Positions 11,012 through 21,193 of a stretch of DNA of 64,000 bases are shown piece after piece. The notes beneath the pieces were generated by a model. That model made no database searches. It was given only the letters and a program-made list of their open reading frames with translations, and had not been told where the DNA came from. The stretch covers positions 1,119-65,118 of the forward strand of contig JBKEHQ010000001.1 in assembly GCA_046710875.1 (NCBI GenBank), written 5' to 3'. Position 1 is the stretch's first letter. The number at the start of each line of letters is the position of its first letter. This DNA is from Candidatus Thalassarchaeaceae archaeon. Its GTDB lineage: Archaea; Thermoplasmatota; Poseidoniia; Poseidoniales; Thalassarchaeaceae. The translations under genes were made by a program, and so were the position numbers.

Positions 11012-11794
11012 TTAAAATGATGTTAATTGCGGAGATATTGTAAATTCTAAATTTCCCGCCCTATCTTTTAATCTCCAAGAGGTATATATCGGAATTATTG
11101 CTGCAGTAAATAACCAAATTACACTTAATATTTCGTTAAGCATCAAAATCCCCTCATAGTAAACAATACTTACTTGAAATACTGCAAGAATTTGAAATAT
11201 TATCTTAAAAACACTTGAAAAAATATGAATTGAAGTCAGTATCTTTGACTGAATTTTTTCTTTGTTGCTCAATTCGGTCACAAATGGATAATAAATATAA
11301 TTTTTAGCACTTAAAATTGATAATCCAAGAATTAAAAAGGTAAAAGGTAAAGTATGAATTAACACACTTTCTTCAGGATTAATAGCAAATATTGTACTAA
11401 ATACAGTAAATGAAAATATTTCTATTAATGTACATACAGTATAAAATTTGTATCTATTACTTTCAATATGCTTTAGAGCCTTTTCATGATAAACTCGTAA
11501 CCAACAAGATATGGAATAAGATGTCAAAAAAAGATAATTCAACGCCCAAAGAGATGGAAGAATATAATTCCCAGGAGGATGATCAAATAATATACAAATA
11601 CTATTTGATCCAAAAGTATCAATGAGTATATTATCATGAAAATTGACATCTGAATGATGTTTTGTGAAATACCAACCAGTACCAACTATTATCCAAAAAA
11701 ATAGGTAAGAATAGATCCTCAACAATTCAGGATTTATCGACCAAGTAACTTGACCATTTTCCAAATCTATTGATTTGGTTATTGCAAACTTCAT
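11012..11794 (-). CDS. Hypothetical membrane protein (about 6 TM)
   Basis: Six hydrophobic segments; FGSNSICILFDHPP and IHTLPF motifs. Confidence 0.7.
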   Translation of the reverse strand: MKFAITKSIDLENGQVTWSINPELLRIYSYLFFWIIVGTGWYFTKHHSDVNFHDNILIDTFGSNSICILFDHPPGNYILPSLWALNYLFLTSYSISCWLRVYHEKALKHIESNRYKFYTVCTLIEIFSFTVFSTIFAINPEESVLIHTLPFTFLILGLSILSAKNYIYYPFVTELSNKEKIQSKILTSIHIFSSVFKIIFQILAVFQVSIVYYEGILMLNEILSVIWLFTAAIIPIYTSWRLKDRAGNLEFTISPQLTSF

Positions 11795-11831
11795 ATCATC
11801 TCGTGATATTGAATAGGGGCATAGTTTTTAT

Positions 11832-12986
11832 TTAACTTTCTATGATATCTTCATTATGCCTTTGTCGTTGCTTTGCACGTAGATATTTTAGTGGATGGCT
11901 CATCCAATCTTGATCACAAAGTGAATTATCACCTCTTTGAACTGGGCACCTTGCCCCAGTCTTCAAGGCCGAACATCCATGAGGAGTATATTCTCTTTCA
12001 TATATCTGATTTATTTGATAAGAACTTGTATCAGCATTAAAGTCAGGTGCATTTGAAAAAAATGATAAAACTTCTTCTTGAGAATGGCCCATTGATCTAG
12101 ACATAGCTGCCAAAAATACTCTACCAGTATGATTTACATTTATGCCTTGATTTAATTCTGAAACGGCTAATTCAAAACAAGGAGGCCACTCAGTTCTTTT
12201 AGCAGCACTAATTGGCATCTCAGCATGAACTTGTTCAGAGAATAAGCCAATTATTCTTTCAACTGAATCTGAAAATTGAGCCGCAAATTCATCATCCATT
12301 TTTTCCATTCTTTGGCTACATATATGAATTAAGTTTTCTCTTATTCGTTCTTTTATTAATCTAGCAGTACGTTGTCTACTAGTTTCTCCAACTCCAGCAG
12401 TCATAGATACCCAACCATCTTTTACTGGACGATTAATTAATCTCCAATAATCTCCAGATATTCTCGGACATAATTCTATGAAATCACTCATTGGAATCCA
12501 AAAAATACTTTCAGATCCAGGAATTTCTTCTTCCCTTATCCCTGATAAATAAGAATTTGCAACTATCAAAAAGTTTTCCTTATCCATTCCTAAGAGTTGG
12601 TCAGCCCTACTTGATTCTCCTTCTATCCATCGGGCCAGTAACCTCTCATCAAAAGATGCACATACAACCAACATAGCATGTAAAAAAGATAACGCCTCAG
12701 TCATTTTACCGATGTCAGTAGATAGATCAATATTTGTTACGGCGTCTATTCCACCTTTATGCAGTATACTTTCCACTAGTCTTATTCTACCACGTGATCT
12801 GATGTCTTCAAGCCATGCAGCATTTATTAGCTGTTCAATTGTAATATCATTTTTTAATAGTAATTCTCTAACATAGTGCGTACTTTGAGGTAAAAATCCA
12901 TATCTAGCCAATAGCATATCGTCGCCTATCTTGGGCGGCTCAAGTGGCATTGGCATAAATGGCCTATACGACCCTAGGTTCTTCAA
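11832..12986 (-). CDS. priL: DNA primase large subunit
   Basis: ARYGFLP; WRLINRPVKDGWV; C-terminal Fe-S domain WPPCF..HTGRVFLA..PDF..YQI..YTPHGC..C..C..HPLKY. Confidence 0.9.
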   Translation of the reverse strand: MKNLGSYRPFMPMPLEPPKIGDDMLLARYGFLPQSTHYVRELLLKNDITIEQLINAAWLEDIRSRGRIRLVESILHKGGIDAVTNIDLSTDIGKMTEALSFLHAMLVVCASFDERLLARWIEGESSRADQLLGMDKENFLIVANSYLSGIREEEIPGSESIFWIPMSDFIELCPRISGDYWRLINRPVKDGWVSMTAGVGETSRQRTARLIKERIRENLIHICSQRMEKMDDEFAAQFSDSVERIIGLFSEQVHAEMPISAAKRTEWPPCFELAVSELNQGINVNHTGRVFLAAMSRSMGHSQEEVLSFFSNAPDFNADTSSYQINQIYEREYTPHGCSALKTGARCPVQRGDNSLCDQDWMSHPLKYLRAKQRQRHNEDIIES

Positions 12987-13011
12987 TACTCACCAAGCCG
13001 ACATTCTAAGA

Positions 13012-13776
13012 ATGTCTATGGAATCAGATTTAAATATTGAATTTAAGCCTGTAAATATAAAATTATTAACATTACAAGACGATGTAAGAAATTTTTTTGA
13101 TTGGGAACTTTCGGATGATATAGATAGTGCTAATAACTTATTAAAATATGTTGAAAATTGTAATAAGAAATCTTGGATACGAACTGAGCGTAATAAGACA
13201 TTACTAAGGGTAATAACAAAATTAAAAGATAGCAATAGTAATATTGTAATCATTGGAGCCGCTATATCAACTTCAGAAATAAAAGAAATGATAAATCCTA
13301 ATAATCTATTTGTTGCAGCCGATGGTGCAGTTGGAATTTTCTCAACATTACCTGATACACTATCAAAACTGGCTTGGTCAAAGTTAGTTTGTGTTGTTAG
13401 CGATGCCGATGGTGGCAAAGGTACTGAGCAAGCATTTATACGAGGTGTACCGATAATTTTACATGCCCATGGTGACAATCAAAATTCATGGAAAAAACTT
13501 TTGATATCAGATAAATCATATGATAAAACAAAAATTGTCTTAACTCATCAAATTCCAAATAAAATTGATGGTATGTATAACATAGGAGGCTTTACTGATG
13601 GCGATAGAGCAGCCTGTTTTGTCCGATCTGCAGGCGTGCCAAATGACAATATAATCATGGCAGGAACTAGGACCGACATAGTAGGAAAATGGTCAGGCAT
13701 CACCAATAAAAATTTGAAATTGCTTAAGTTAGAATGGATGGCAAAGGTCCTATCTTTATTAAAAATAAAATATTAA
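13012..13776 (+). CDS. mptE: 6-hydroxymethyl-7,8-dihydropterin pyrophosphokinase (DUF115)
   Basis: AADGA, VSDADG, HAHGDN, GGFTDGDRA and KLLKLEW motifs; start moved to avoid overlap with priL. Confidence 0.85.
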   Translation: MSMESDLNIEFKPVNIKLLTLQDDVRNFFDWELSDDIDSANNLLKYVENCNKKSWIRTERNKTLLRVITKLKDSNSNIVIIGAAISTSEIKEMINPNNLFVAADGAVGIFSTLPDTLSKLAWSKLVCVVSDADGGKGTEQAFIRGVPIILHAHGDNQNSWKKLLISDKSYDKTKIVLTHQIPNKIDGMYNIGGFTDGDRAACFVRSAGVPNDNIIMAGTRTDIVGKWSGITNKNLKLLKLEWMAKVLSLLKIKY

Positions 13777-13796
13777 AATATTTTAAAATTATTACT

Positions 13797-14963
13797 TTAA
13801 GAGATGTTAAAGCTACCAACTTCTATATTTTCTCCGTCTTCACTAATTGACCCTTCGAATTCTTCAGTCTCTCCACTATTAGTAACAAATGTTTTGAATT
13901 TTGTTATTTTATTTTCTCCAGATATCTCATATTGATTAACAAATATGGAATATTTTCCACTTTCAGGCTTTTGATCCCAACTAATCGATTGCAAACCCTG
14001 CTCTTTTCCAAAATTAAATACTCCATCAGCATTATTTCCAATATCTAAGAAAGAAATCTTCTTGCCAGTTGGACTAACAACTGATAATCCTAAGTCATTT
14101 ACTCCATCCCATGATAGTTTAACAGATAAGTCATATTCGCTTACTGATTTATTACTAACTATATCCTTACTTACATGATCGTTTGTGGGTTTTAATATAA
14201 TTTCTTTTGGTTTTAAATCACCAGCTTTAGTTTCCGCTATAGCAAATTTGGCAACAAACAACAACTCGCTACCTACTTTATGATGTTCAATAATTCCTTC
14301 GTAAACTCTCTGACTGTCTCCAACCGTGACGCTAACTTTAAATTCAGTTTCATTCTTCAAAATAAACTTTGATATAAGAGGTATTTTTGCTAATATCATA
14401 TTCTTGTGTTGAACTTTATAATGCCTTACTCCAACTCTGTAAGTTCCTGGAGGTGGAGTTTTAGTCCAAACTATATTCTCTACAGGTGTTTTTGAAGTTG
14501 GTTTAAAATTCATATCTAAATCTAACTCTCCTCCACATGCAGATTTTCTGTTATCATGGAATATATGTTCACCAGATGGAGTTATTAGGTGTAAATCCAA
14601 ATCATTCCAGTTATTCCATAACAAACTGACCTGGACCGCTCCTCTTTTTGCACCTTCTCTTTTCAATCTATCATTGAACGCAGATATACCCGCATCATTT
14701 ACAACGGTTTCGTTTATACCTTTACCTAAAATCTCATTTCCTTCACCCAAGCCCTGAGAAGGAATCGAAACATTTGATCTATCGGCTCTTCTTCCACTAC
14801 TTCTTTCTCTGCGAACCCTCAATGTTTCCGTTTCGTATTCAGGGAGATTAGCTTCTGTAGGCGGTAAAATTACTCTCCTACTTGAACCAAATACTAGCCT
14901 ATATAATCCTTGAAAACACAGTCCTGAAATTGCCGCAAGGATTACAAGCGCGGCTAGGTCCAT
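13797..14963 (-). CDS. Membrane-anchored YfaP/DUF2135-like protein with two tandem domains
   Basis: N-terminal TM; VSLLWNNWNDLDLHLITPSGE..GGELDLDMN..PVENIVW; second degenerate copy LSWDGVNDLGLSVVSPTG. Confidence 0.75.
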   Translation of the reverse strand: MDLAALVILAAISGLCFQGLYRLVFGSSRRVILPPTEANLPEYETETLRVRRERSSGRRADRSNVSIPSQGLGEGNEILGKGINETVVNDAGISAFNDRLKREGAKRGAVQVSLLWNNWNDLDLHLITPSGEHIFHDNRKSACGGELDLDMNFKPTSKTPVENIVWTKTPPPGTYRVGVRHYKVQHKNMILAKIPLISKFILKNETEFKVSVTVGDSQRVYEGIIEHHKVGSELLFVAKFAIAETKAGDLKPKEIILKPTNDHVSKDIVSNKSVSEYDLSVKLSWDGVNDLGLSVVSPTGKKISFLDIGNNADGVFNFGKEQGLQSISWDQKPESGKYSIFVNQYEISGENKITKFKTFVTNSGETEEFEGSISEDGENIEVGSFNIS

Positions 14964-14997
14964 ATGTGTGAACTTGTGCAACATCTTTTCATAACAT

Positions 14998-15012
14998 CGG
15001 TTAAATTAACCG
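14998..15012. promoter_or_regulatory. Perfect inverted repeat CGGTTAA-A-TTAACCG, candidate operator between divergent genes
   Basis: Read directly from the sequence; function inferred. Confidence 0.35.
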
Positions 15013-15142
15013 CATTAGATGTCTCAAATAGATTTTATCACCGAGTGTTTCATATCCCAGCCGATGCTCCTACATATACGGGCGGATTGCGTTTAGCCAG
15101 TTGATACTAATATATTTTAGAGATTTACTTGGAGTGAAATAA

Positions 15143-18100
15143 ATGAAAAGAATTGCAATTTTATTGATTGCAATAATGGTATTTTCAACTTTACCATATT
15201 CTCCAGAAATAAAATTAAATAATGAAAATAAACTTTTATCGGGTGCATCTGATGCAGATGTATCAGTCTCAGGTTTAGACATTACTACGCCCTCAGTTAT
15301 GATTTCAGGAATACCAATAGTCTCTCCTATGGTGCACATAGTGAGAATATCAATATTCAATTATGGAGGTTCGGATGCGAATGGAACACTGTATCTTTCA
15401 GTTAATGATGGCTCAAGTGTGACAGAAGTTGATGATCGCAGCATCAGTATTCTAGCAGGGCAGCAAGAAAATCATTTATTATATTGGGATTCAAGTGAGT
15501 ATACATCTGGCGTATCTCTAATAGCATCTTGGGTAATCAATTCTGATGAATCTGACTCTGATGCATCAAATGATAATTACATACTATCCAATATAAATAT
15601 TTACGATATAGAAGATGCTTCAATTTTGACAACCACGCTTCCAACTGGTGAAAATCCTCTAGTAAGGGCCACTTGGTCAGGAACTATTTCAGTCGCCAAT
15701 ACAGGTACATTGCCTGTGGACGTCACAGCACTTTTATCTCTGACATCTACACTTGGCGGGGATCCTGTTCCTATATCCTCAACAACAGTACAACCCCCAG
15801 TCGGTAGTTTATCCAATCCTGCGCCAATAACAGATATTGATATCACGTTTGATGGAACGGCTCTTGAAGGCGAATATATATTATCAGGAATTGTTGAAGT
15901 AGTGGGTGCAAATGGGAATACAGATACGATAACAATATCTTCAGTACAAGTTGAGTTTACCTCACTAAGGGCAATACTATCTACGCCAATTAATAGAAAT
16001 ATTGATCCAGGTCAGAATACTTCACTTTCCTTTTTATTACAAAATTCCGGAAATCAAACTGATTCTTTTACTGTAACTCAATCCAACTTATCTGGTTGGG
16101 CTAATGTCGCTCCAGAAATATATTCTGAATCTAATCCTTTAGTATTGGCATCAGGGGCTGCTAGCATCATACAAATTTCAGTATCTGTCCCAGCGAATGC
16201 TGCTATATCAGAATCTGATAGAATAACCATTATCGTTCACAGTATCGGAAATCAATATGATTTGACAAGTAGCGCCGTTGTGATGGCTGGAGAATTATAT
16301 GAGGGCACTATGATACAATCTAGTGGCAATGCTAAAGGTGATAATTATGTTGACATTGCACCAGGAATTGCTAATAGTGTTACAATTGATTATGTACTAA
16401 ACAATACCGGTACAGCACCATCTCAATATGATATCAATGTAGGTATGTTGGAAGCAACTCCGTATTGGTCAATCGATGCTCCCGTTGAATTAACTAATTT
16501 ATTACTTCCAGGCGAAAACATAACCATTCCTGTTACAATAACTCTTCCAGAATTAGAAATGCCAATCCTATCTTCATGGAAAATAGACGCAGACATATTA
16601 TTGCATCTTAGAGTCCAAGCCACACCTCTATCTGGAGGTATAAGTATAATAGCAACAACCTATATTACAGTTTTACCAATTGTAATAATTGATTTTGAGA
16701 TAGAAGATGCAGAGCGCTGCTATGATGAAGGACAAACTGAATGGTTTTGCATCGAAGATGTTCTCGAAGAAGAAGTATTAGGGGCCTCAGTAATCAGAAT
16801 TGTAGATTTCCAAATTCAGGCTAAACATAACCTCGATGCTACAGGCCAAGGAAGTGCAGTTGTAAATTTAGACTATCTTGAAACTTTTACGCCTGCTGTG
16901 ACAGGGTCTACTCCATTTGAGTACATGAGATGGAATGTTGGCATCACGCCTCAGCAACTAGAACTAAATATCGGAGAAACAGGATATGGACAAATAGCAA
17001 TTTCATCTACATTTAATACAAACTTCCCATATCCTGCAGCAGGCGAATATAAAATTGACATCAATGCTTCAACCACGTTTTCTGTTTCAGATTTTAATGG
17101 AAATACGCCATTAACTTCTGTCAATGAAACTACATTTAAGTTTGATATAATGGAGTTAGAAGATGCAGAGTTAGCATTAAAATCTAGGGGAACGGGATCT
17201 CCTGGAACTTCTATTACAGCCGAAATGACTTTGACTAATATGGGAAATTCTCCTAACACATTTAATGTTAGTTACATTAGTGAGCCAGGGTGGACTATAA
17301 CAGTCACTAACCCTGGAACTATTAAATCAAGATTAGACTCGTTTCAAAGTCCATCTTCTACTTTTTCCAAAGATTTCATTGTTAATGCCGTACCGCCAGC
17401 AACTGCAAGTGCAGATAAAATTCACACAATCTGGATATATGTGACTTCAATTGGTGATCCTGAAAATTATCTTGCTTATGCTACAGCAGAATTCAAGTTA
17501 GATGAACTTATAGATGCAGAGTTAAACTCTGGTTCTTCAGTAGCAATATTGGATAGATTAGGTACATCAACTATAATGTTTGAATTAAATAATACAGGAA
17601 ATTCAAACCAAACTTTTGATTTAAAACTTGAAAATTCTGATGATAATTATCTTCAGGTTTCTTTCTCGGAAGATGACACAGAAATTGAAACCGAAAAAAG
17701 TATGATTGTAAACTCAGGAAATACCGCAATAGTTAGAGTTTATTCTAAAACATCCAATGATGCAAGAGCCGACGAATCTAGGTCATTTGACTTAATATTA
17801 ATAAATAATAATTCTGAATTAGATAGAAAAACAATGTCTGTAACTGTTAATCCTGATCATGCACTAACTCTCCAAGGAAGTACTACATTTTTTGCTCAGC
17901 CAGGTACAGAAATTCAAACATCTTTCAATTTAATTAATTTAGGAAATTTATTAGAAACAAATGTCTCATTTAATCCTATTTTGCCAGAAGCCTCCACATC
18001 GGGAATCTGGAACTTCGAAACACTAGAAAATCTAACAATATCTCCTGGCTCAGATAATAGCATTGAAATAATTATGAATATTAGTTTACCGAATATTGGT

Positions 18101-20071
18101 CCAAACGTAATGTTAGAAGCAGGAGCAACTTATACTATCCCAATTCAAATATTTTCATACGACTTCACTCAATTTAATGGTGATTATCTAATACTTGGAT
18201 CAATAACTCTTGTAGTTACTATAGAGCCATATTTTGAATTAGATATAGCTTCATCATTTGAAAGTATGATGCTTATTCCGGGACAAACTAGGACATTTGA
18301 ATATACAGTTGAAAATTCAGGAAATGCTCCAGCTTCAGTTAATGTGAACTATAACCTTGCAGTATCCGATCCCTCAAGATGGCGAGTATCGTTATCAGGC
18401 TTAAGCACTTCATTCATTATTCCAATTGCAGAAACATACTCTATATCTATGGAAATAACGCCAATTGCATCAGACCATTATGTTGGTGAATCAGGATTTT
18501 TTGATATTATTTTTTCCTCTTCAGATGATTCTGAAGAAACACAAGCTTACAGTACATTAGTTGAAATCGTCAGAATCCAGACAGATATCGACGTTATTGT
18601 TGATCCAGGCTCATCTGGAGAAGAAGATGGACTACTTCCCTGCGCAAATACAGTTGATACATCCATTACCGAAAGGTGTCGGATTTATAGAATACCTTGG
18701 ATGCATGTTCCTTATTTGGGATCAACAGATGAAACGCCTGTAAATTATACTTTAACGGCCTTAGAAATTCAACGACATATTGACGGATCAGCGTATCCAG
18801 ATTCAACTTGGAACTTTTATGTTGAAGATACAATTCTTCTTTCAACAGTAGGTTTTAGTGTAAATTCTGAATTAGTAAAACCTTATGATACAGGATCAAA
18901 ATTTGACTTAATATTCATAATTCCTCCAACAGAGGAACTAGCACCTGGGGACGGGTGGTCAATAACATTCAGACTACAGAATCCAAATGAGCCCAATAGT
19001 AGAGATTACTGGACAGATTTTACTGTAGACATAGTTACTACTACTACCTCTGATCCAAAAATAAAAGATATATTTTTTACTAATGGGGCAATAATTGAGG
19101 GAACTACTACAACCTTGATAGTCCAAGTTATGAATGCTGGCGATGCAATTATGCCACTTGGTGCCGAAGTTCAAGTATCTTGTAATGGTAAATATTTAGA
19201 TTCCTTTAACTCAGGAACACAAGTAGTACCAGTTCTTGTATCTCAACAATCATTTAATTCAACTTGGCAAATAAGTGCTAAATCTATACCATGGTGGTCT
19301 ACATCAGAGACATTAAGATGTACTGCAGAATTAACTGGTACAGCTGTCGAAGTAAAAGGTAATCATATTGACAACGACTTAAGATCAGAGGATTTAACGA
19401 TAGATTCTTGGGCTCCTCCTAAATATAAATTAAAAGTTGGATCAAATGAAATCGGCATATCTATTTCAATTTTTATATCAATAATATTACTACTAGGGAG
19501 TTTATATTTCTACAGGAATGGAGTGAAAGATTTCACTCCTTCATATGTTCATTTGTCTTCTTACATGTTTTCTGCAGGATTAGGTGCACTAGCATTAACT
19601 AATCTTTTTAACCTTCTACCTTTAATCTGCGCAATTCTAGCCATTCTTGGTTCTATAAAAATTGCATGGACTAGCTCATCTGAAGTACAAGCAATATATA
19701 ATGATAAGAAGAAATCACTTACTGGCGCTAGAGCAACAATTTCAAATCATGATATCCAAATAAAGAAAACTATTAAGGAATTAAGAGCAATTATATCATG
19801 TTCGCCACTGATCCTATTACTAATAATGATATTAAATCCTAATTTAACTATAGATAGTAGTAATACTGGTTTACTTGGTTTGATAATATTTGTTTTAGTA
19901 TCTCCAATATTTATTCACATAGTTCTTCGATATCTTGATAAATCATATAATAAAATATATTCACAACTTGGCCAACTTGAATTAAGGGCGATGAAAATAA
20001 AGAAAATCCTCGCTTCTCAGAACAGCTCGAATAGATTTCAACCCAAAAATCGTATAGGAGGTCCAGAATAG
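15143..20071 (+). CDS. Giant cell-surface protein: signal peptide, many Ig-like (CARDB/NEW3-type) repeats, C-terminal multi-TM anchor
   Basis: MKR plus hydrophobic signal; recurrent N[TS]GN/NxG motifs followed by W; many NxS/T sequons; about 5-6 C-terminal TMs. Confidence 0.85.
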   Translation: MKRIAILLIAIMVFSTLPYSPEIKLNNENKLLSGASDADVSVSGLDITTPSVMISGIPIVSPMVHIVRISIFNYGGSDANGTLYLSVNDGSSVTEVDDRSISILAGQQENHLLYWDSSEYTSGVSLIASWVINSDESDSDASNDNYILSNINIYDIEDASILTTTLPTGENPLVRATWSGTISVANTGTLPVDVTALLSLTSTLGGDPVPISSTTVQPPVGSLSNPAPITDIDITFDGTALEGEYILSGIVEVVGANGNTDTITISSVQVEFTSLRAILSTPINRNIDPGQNTSLSFLLQNSGNQTDSFTVTQSNLSGWANVAPEIYSESNPLVLASGAASIIQISVSVPANAAISESDRITIIVHSIGNQYDLTSSAVVMAGELYEGTMIQSSGNAKGDNYVDIAPGIANSVTIDYVLNNTGTAPSQYDINVGMLEATPYWSIDAPVELTNLLLPGENITIPVTITLPELEMPILSSWKIDADILLHLRVQATPLSGGISIIATTYITVLPIVIIDFEIEDAERCYDEGQTEWFCIEDVLEEEVLGASVIRIVDFQIQAKHNLDATGQGSAVVNLDYLETFTPAVTGSTPFEYMRWNVGITPQQLELNIGETGYGQIAISSTFNTNFPYPAAGEYKIDINASTTFSVSDFNGNTPLTSVNETTFKFDIMELEDAELALKSRGTGSPGTSITAEMTLTNMGNSPNTFNVSYISEPGWTITVTNPGTIKSRLDSFQSPSSTFSKDFIVNAVPPATASADKIHTIWIYVTSIGDPENYLAYATAEFKLDELIDAELNSGSSVAILDRLGTSTIMFELNNTGNSNQTFDLKLENSDDNYLQVSFSEDDTEIETEKSMIVNSGNTAIVRVYSKTSNDARADESRSFDLILINNNSELDRKTMSVTVNPDHALTLQGSTTFFAQPGTEIQTSFNLINLGNLLETNVSFNPILPEASTSGIWNFETLENLTISPGSDNSIEIIMNISLPNIGPNVMLEAGATYTIPIQIFSYDFTQFNGDYLILGSITLVVTIEPYFELDIASSFESMMLIPGQTRTFEYTVENSGNAPASVNVNYNLAVSDPSRWRVSLSGLSTSFIIPIAETYSISMEITPIASDHYVGESGFFDIIFSSSDDSEETQAYSTLVEIVRIQTDIDVIVDPGSSGEEDGLLPCANTVDTSITERCRIYRIPWMHVPYLGSTDETPVNYTLTALEIQRHIDGSAYPDSTWNFYVEDTILLSTVGFSVNSELVKPYDTGSKFDLIFIIPPTEELAPGDGWSITFRLQNPNEPNSRDYWTDFTVDIVTTTTSDPKIKDIFFTNGAIIEGTTTTLIVQVMNAGDAIMPLGAEVQVSCNGKYLDSFNSGTQVVPVLVSQQSFNSTWQISAKSIPWWSTSETLRCTAELTGTAVEVKGNHIDNDLRSEDLTIDSWAPPKYKLKVGSNEIGISISIFISIILLLGSLYFYRNGVKDFTPSYVHLSSYMFSAGLGALALTNLFNLLPLICAILAILGSIKIAWTSSSEVQAIYNDKKKSLTGARATISNHDIQIKKTIKELRAIISCSPLILLLIMILNPNLTIDSSNTGLLGLIIFVLVSPIFIHIVLRYLDKSYNKIYSQLGQLELRAMKIKKILASQNSSNRFQPKNRIGGPE

Positions 20072-21115
20072 ATGGCTGGTAAAAAAAATGAGATTTCATC
20101 GAATTCTGGGGGCGCCGAAGCAACATTAAAGATGTTAAATTTCATAGATGACGAGTCTAAAAAAATTCAACATACTATTTGGAAAAACAGGCCGTTAAGG
20201 GCTAATAAAATGCTGAAAAAATTAACAAAAGAAGCAAATTTTCTCGAAGATCAAGTATTGGGCTTGTCACGATCGTTATCTTCTTTATCTAAGCAATTAG
20301 ATGAATTAGAAGAATTGAATGAAGATGATCTTAATGCCTCAGAATATGTTTCTTTAGGTTTACAATTTTTAAGAGAGGGTAACTGGGGAGCTGCAGCAGA
20401 TTCTGTCGAAAAAGCAATTGCTGCTTTAGGACCAAAAGGACTAGATAGATCATTGTCTATTATTAATAGACATTTGAATGAATTAGGAGATTTGAGCGAT
20501 TCAGAAGAAGTAACTCTTAATTTAATCAGAGAAGCACGAAAGAAATTAGCAAATGGTGATTTTACAGCTGCAACTGATGCGTTTGAAAGAGCAATTAGCG
20601 TACTTGGTTCCGTACCTACAGGAGAGGCGTTAAGTCCATTTCTTGTTAATCATTTTTTCCTTTCATTAGAGGCTAAGTGGCCTGAAAAAACTAACAATGG
20701 ATTAATGGTAATTAGTATTGAAAATTTAGGTGAAAATAATATTTCTCCTATGAGAATGTCTTTACCAACTCCTCTTGGATGGATAGCAAATCCTAAGATG
20801 ACGGAAATACCAGAAATTCCTCCTGAAGGATTCATCGAAATTGGTGTTGAAATTAAATCATCTGGGTCATTTAGCGCAGATAAAATGTTAGGTAGAAACT
20901 TAGCTATAACAACTGGATATTTAGCAAACTATGGAGATTTAAAAGTTCAAATCAGAGTCGAAAATAGAACATTAAGAAATATGGAAGGCATTGTACTGGA
21001 TCCTTGGTTACCTGAAGGATTTGAAGCGATTAGATTGCCATTTGTACAAAATTTAGGCCCAGGACAAAAATGTAATTTAGAAGTAGATATTCTGAATGTT
21101 GGAAATAATAGTTAA
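20072..21115 (+). CDS. Hypothetical protein: coiled coil, TPR-like helices, C-terminal Ig-like domains
   Basis: Repeated helical motifs GNWGAAADSVEKAI and GDFTAATDAFERAI; ATG directly follows the upstream TAG. Confidence 0.75.
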   Translation: MAGKKNEISSNSGGAEATLKMLNFIDDESKKIQHTIWKNRPLRANKMLKKLTKEANFLEDQVLGLSRSLSSLSKQLDELEELNEDDLNASEYVSLGLQFLREGNWGAAADSVEKAIAALGPKGLDRSLSIINRHLNELGDLSDSEEVTLNLIREARKKLANGDFTAATDAFERAISVLGSVPTGEALSPFLVNHFFLSLEAKWPEKTNNGLMVISIENLGENNISPMRMSLPTPLGWIANPKMTEIPEIPPEGFIEIGVEIKSSGSFSADKMLGRNLAITTGYLANYGDLKVQIRVENRTLRNMEGIVLDPWLPEGFEAIRLPFVQNLGPGQKCNLEVDILNVGNNS

Positions 21116-21193
21116 TGTCCATAGATATCCTATTAATTTCTAATAACCGTTCACATATCCTGTATATGCAATAATTATACATTAACATCATAA

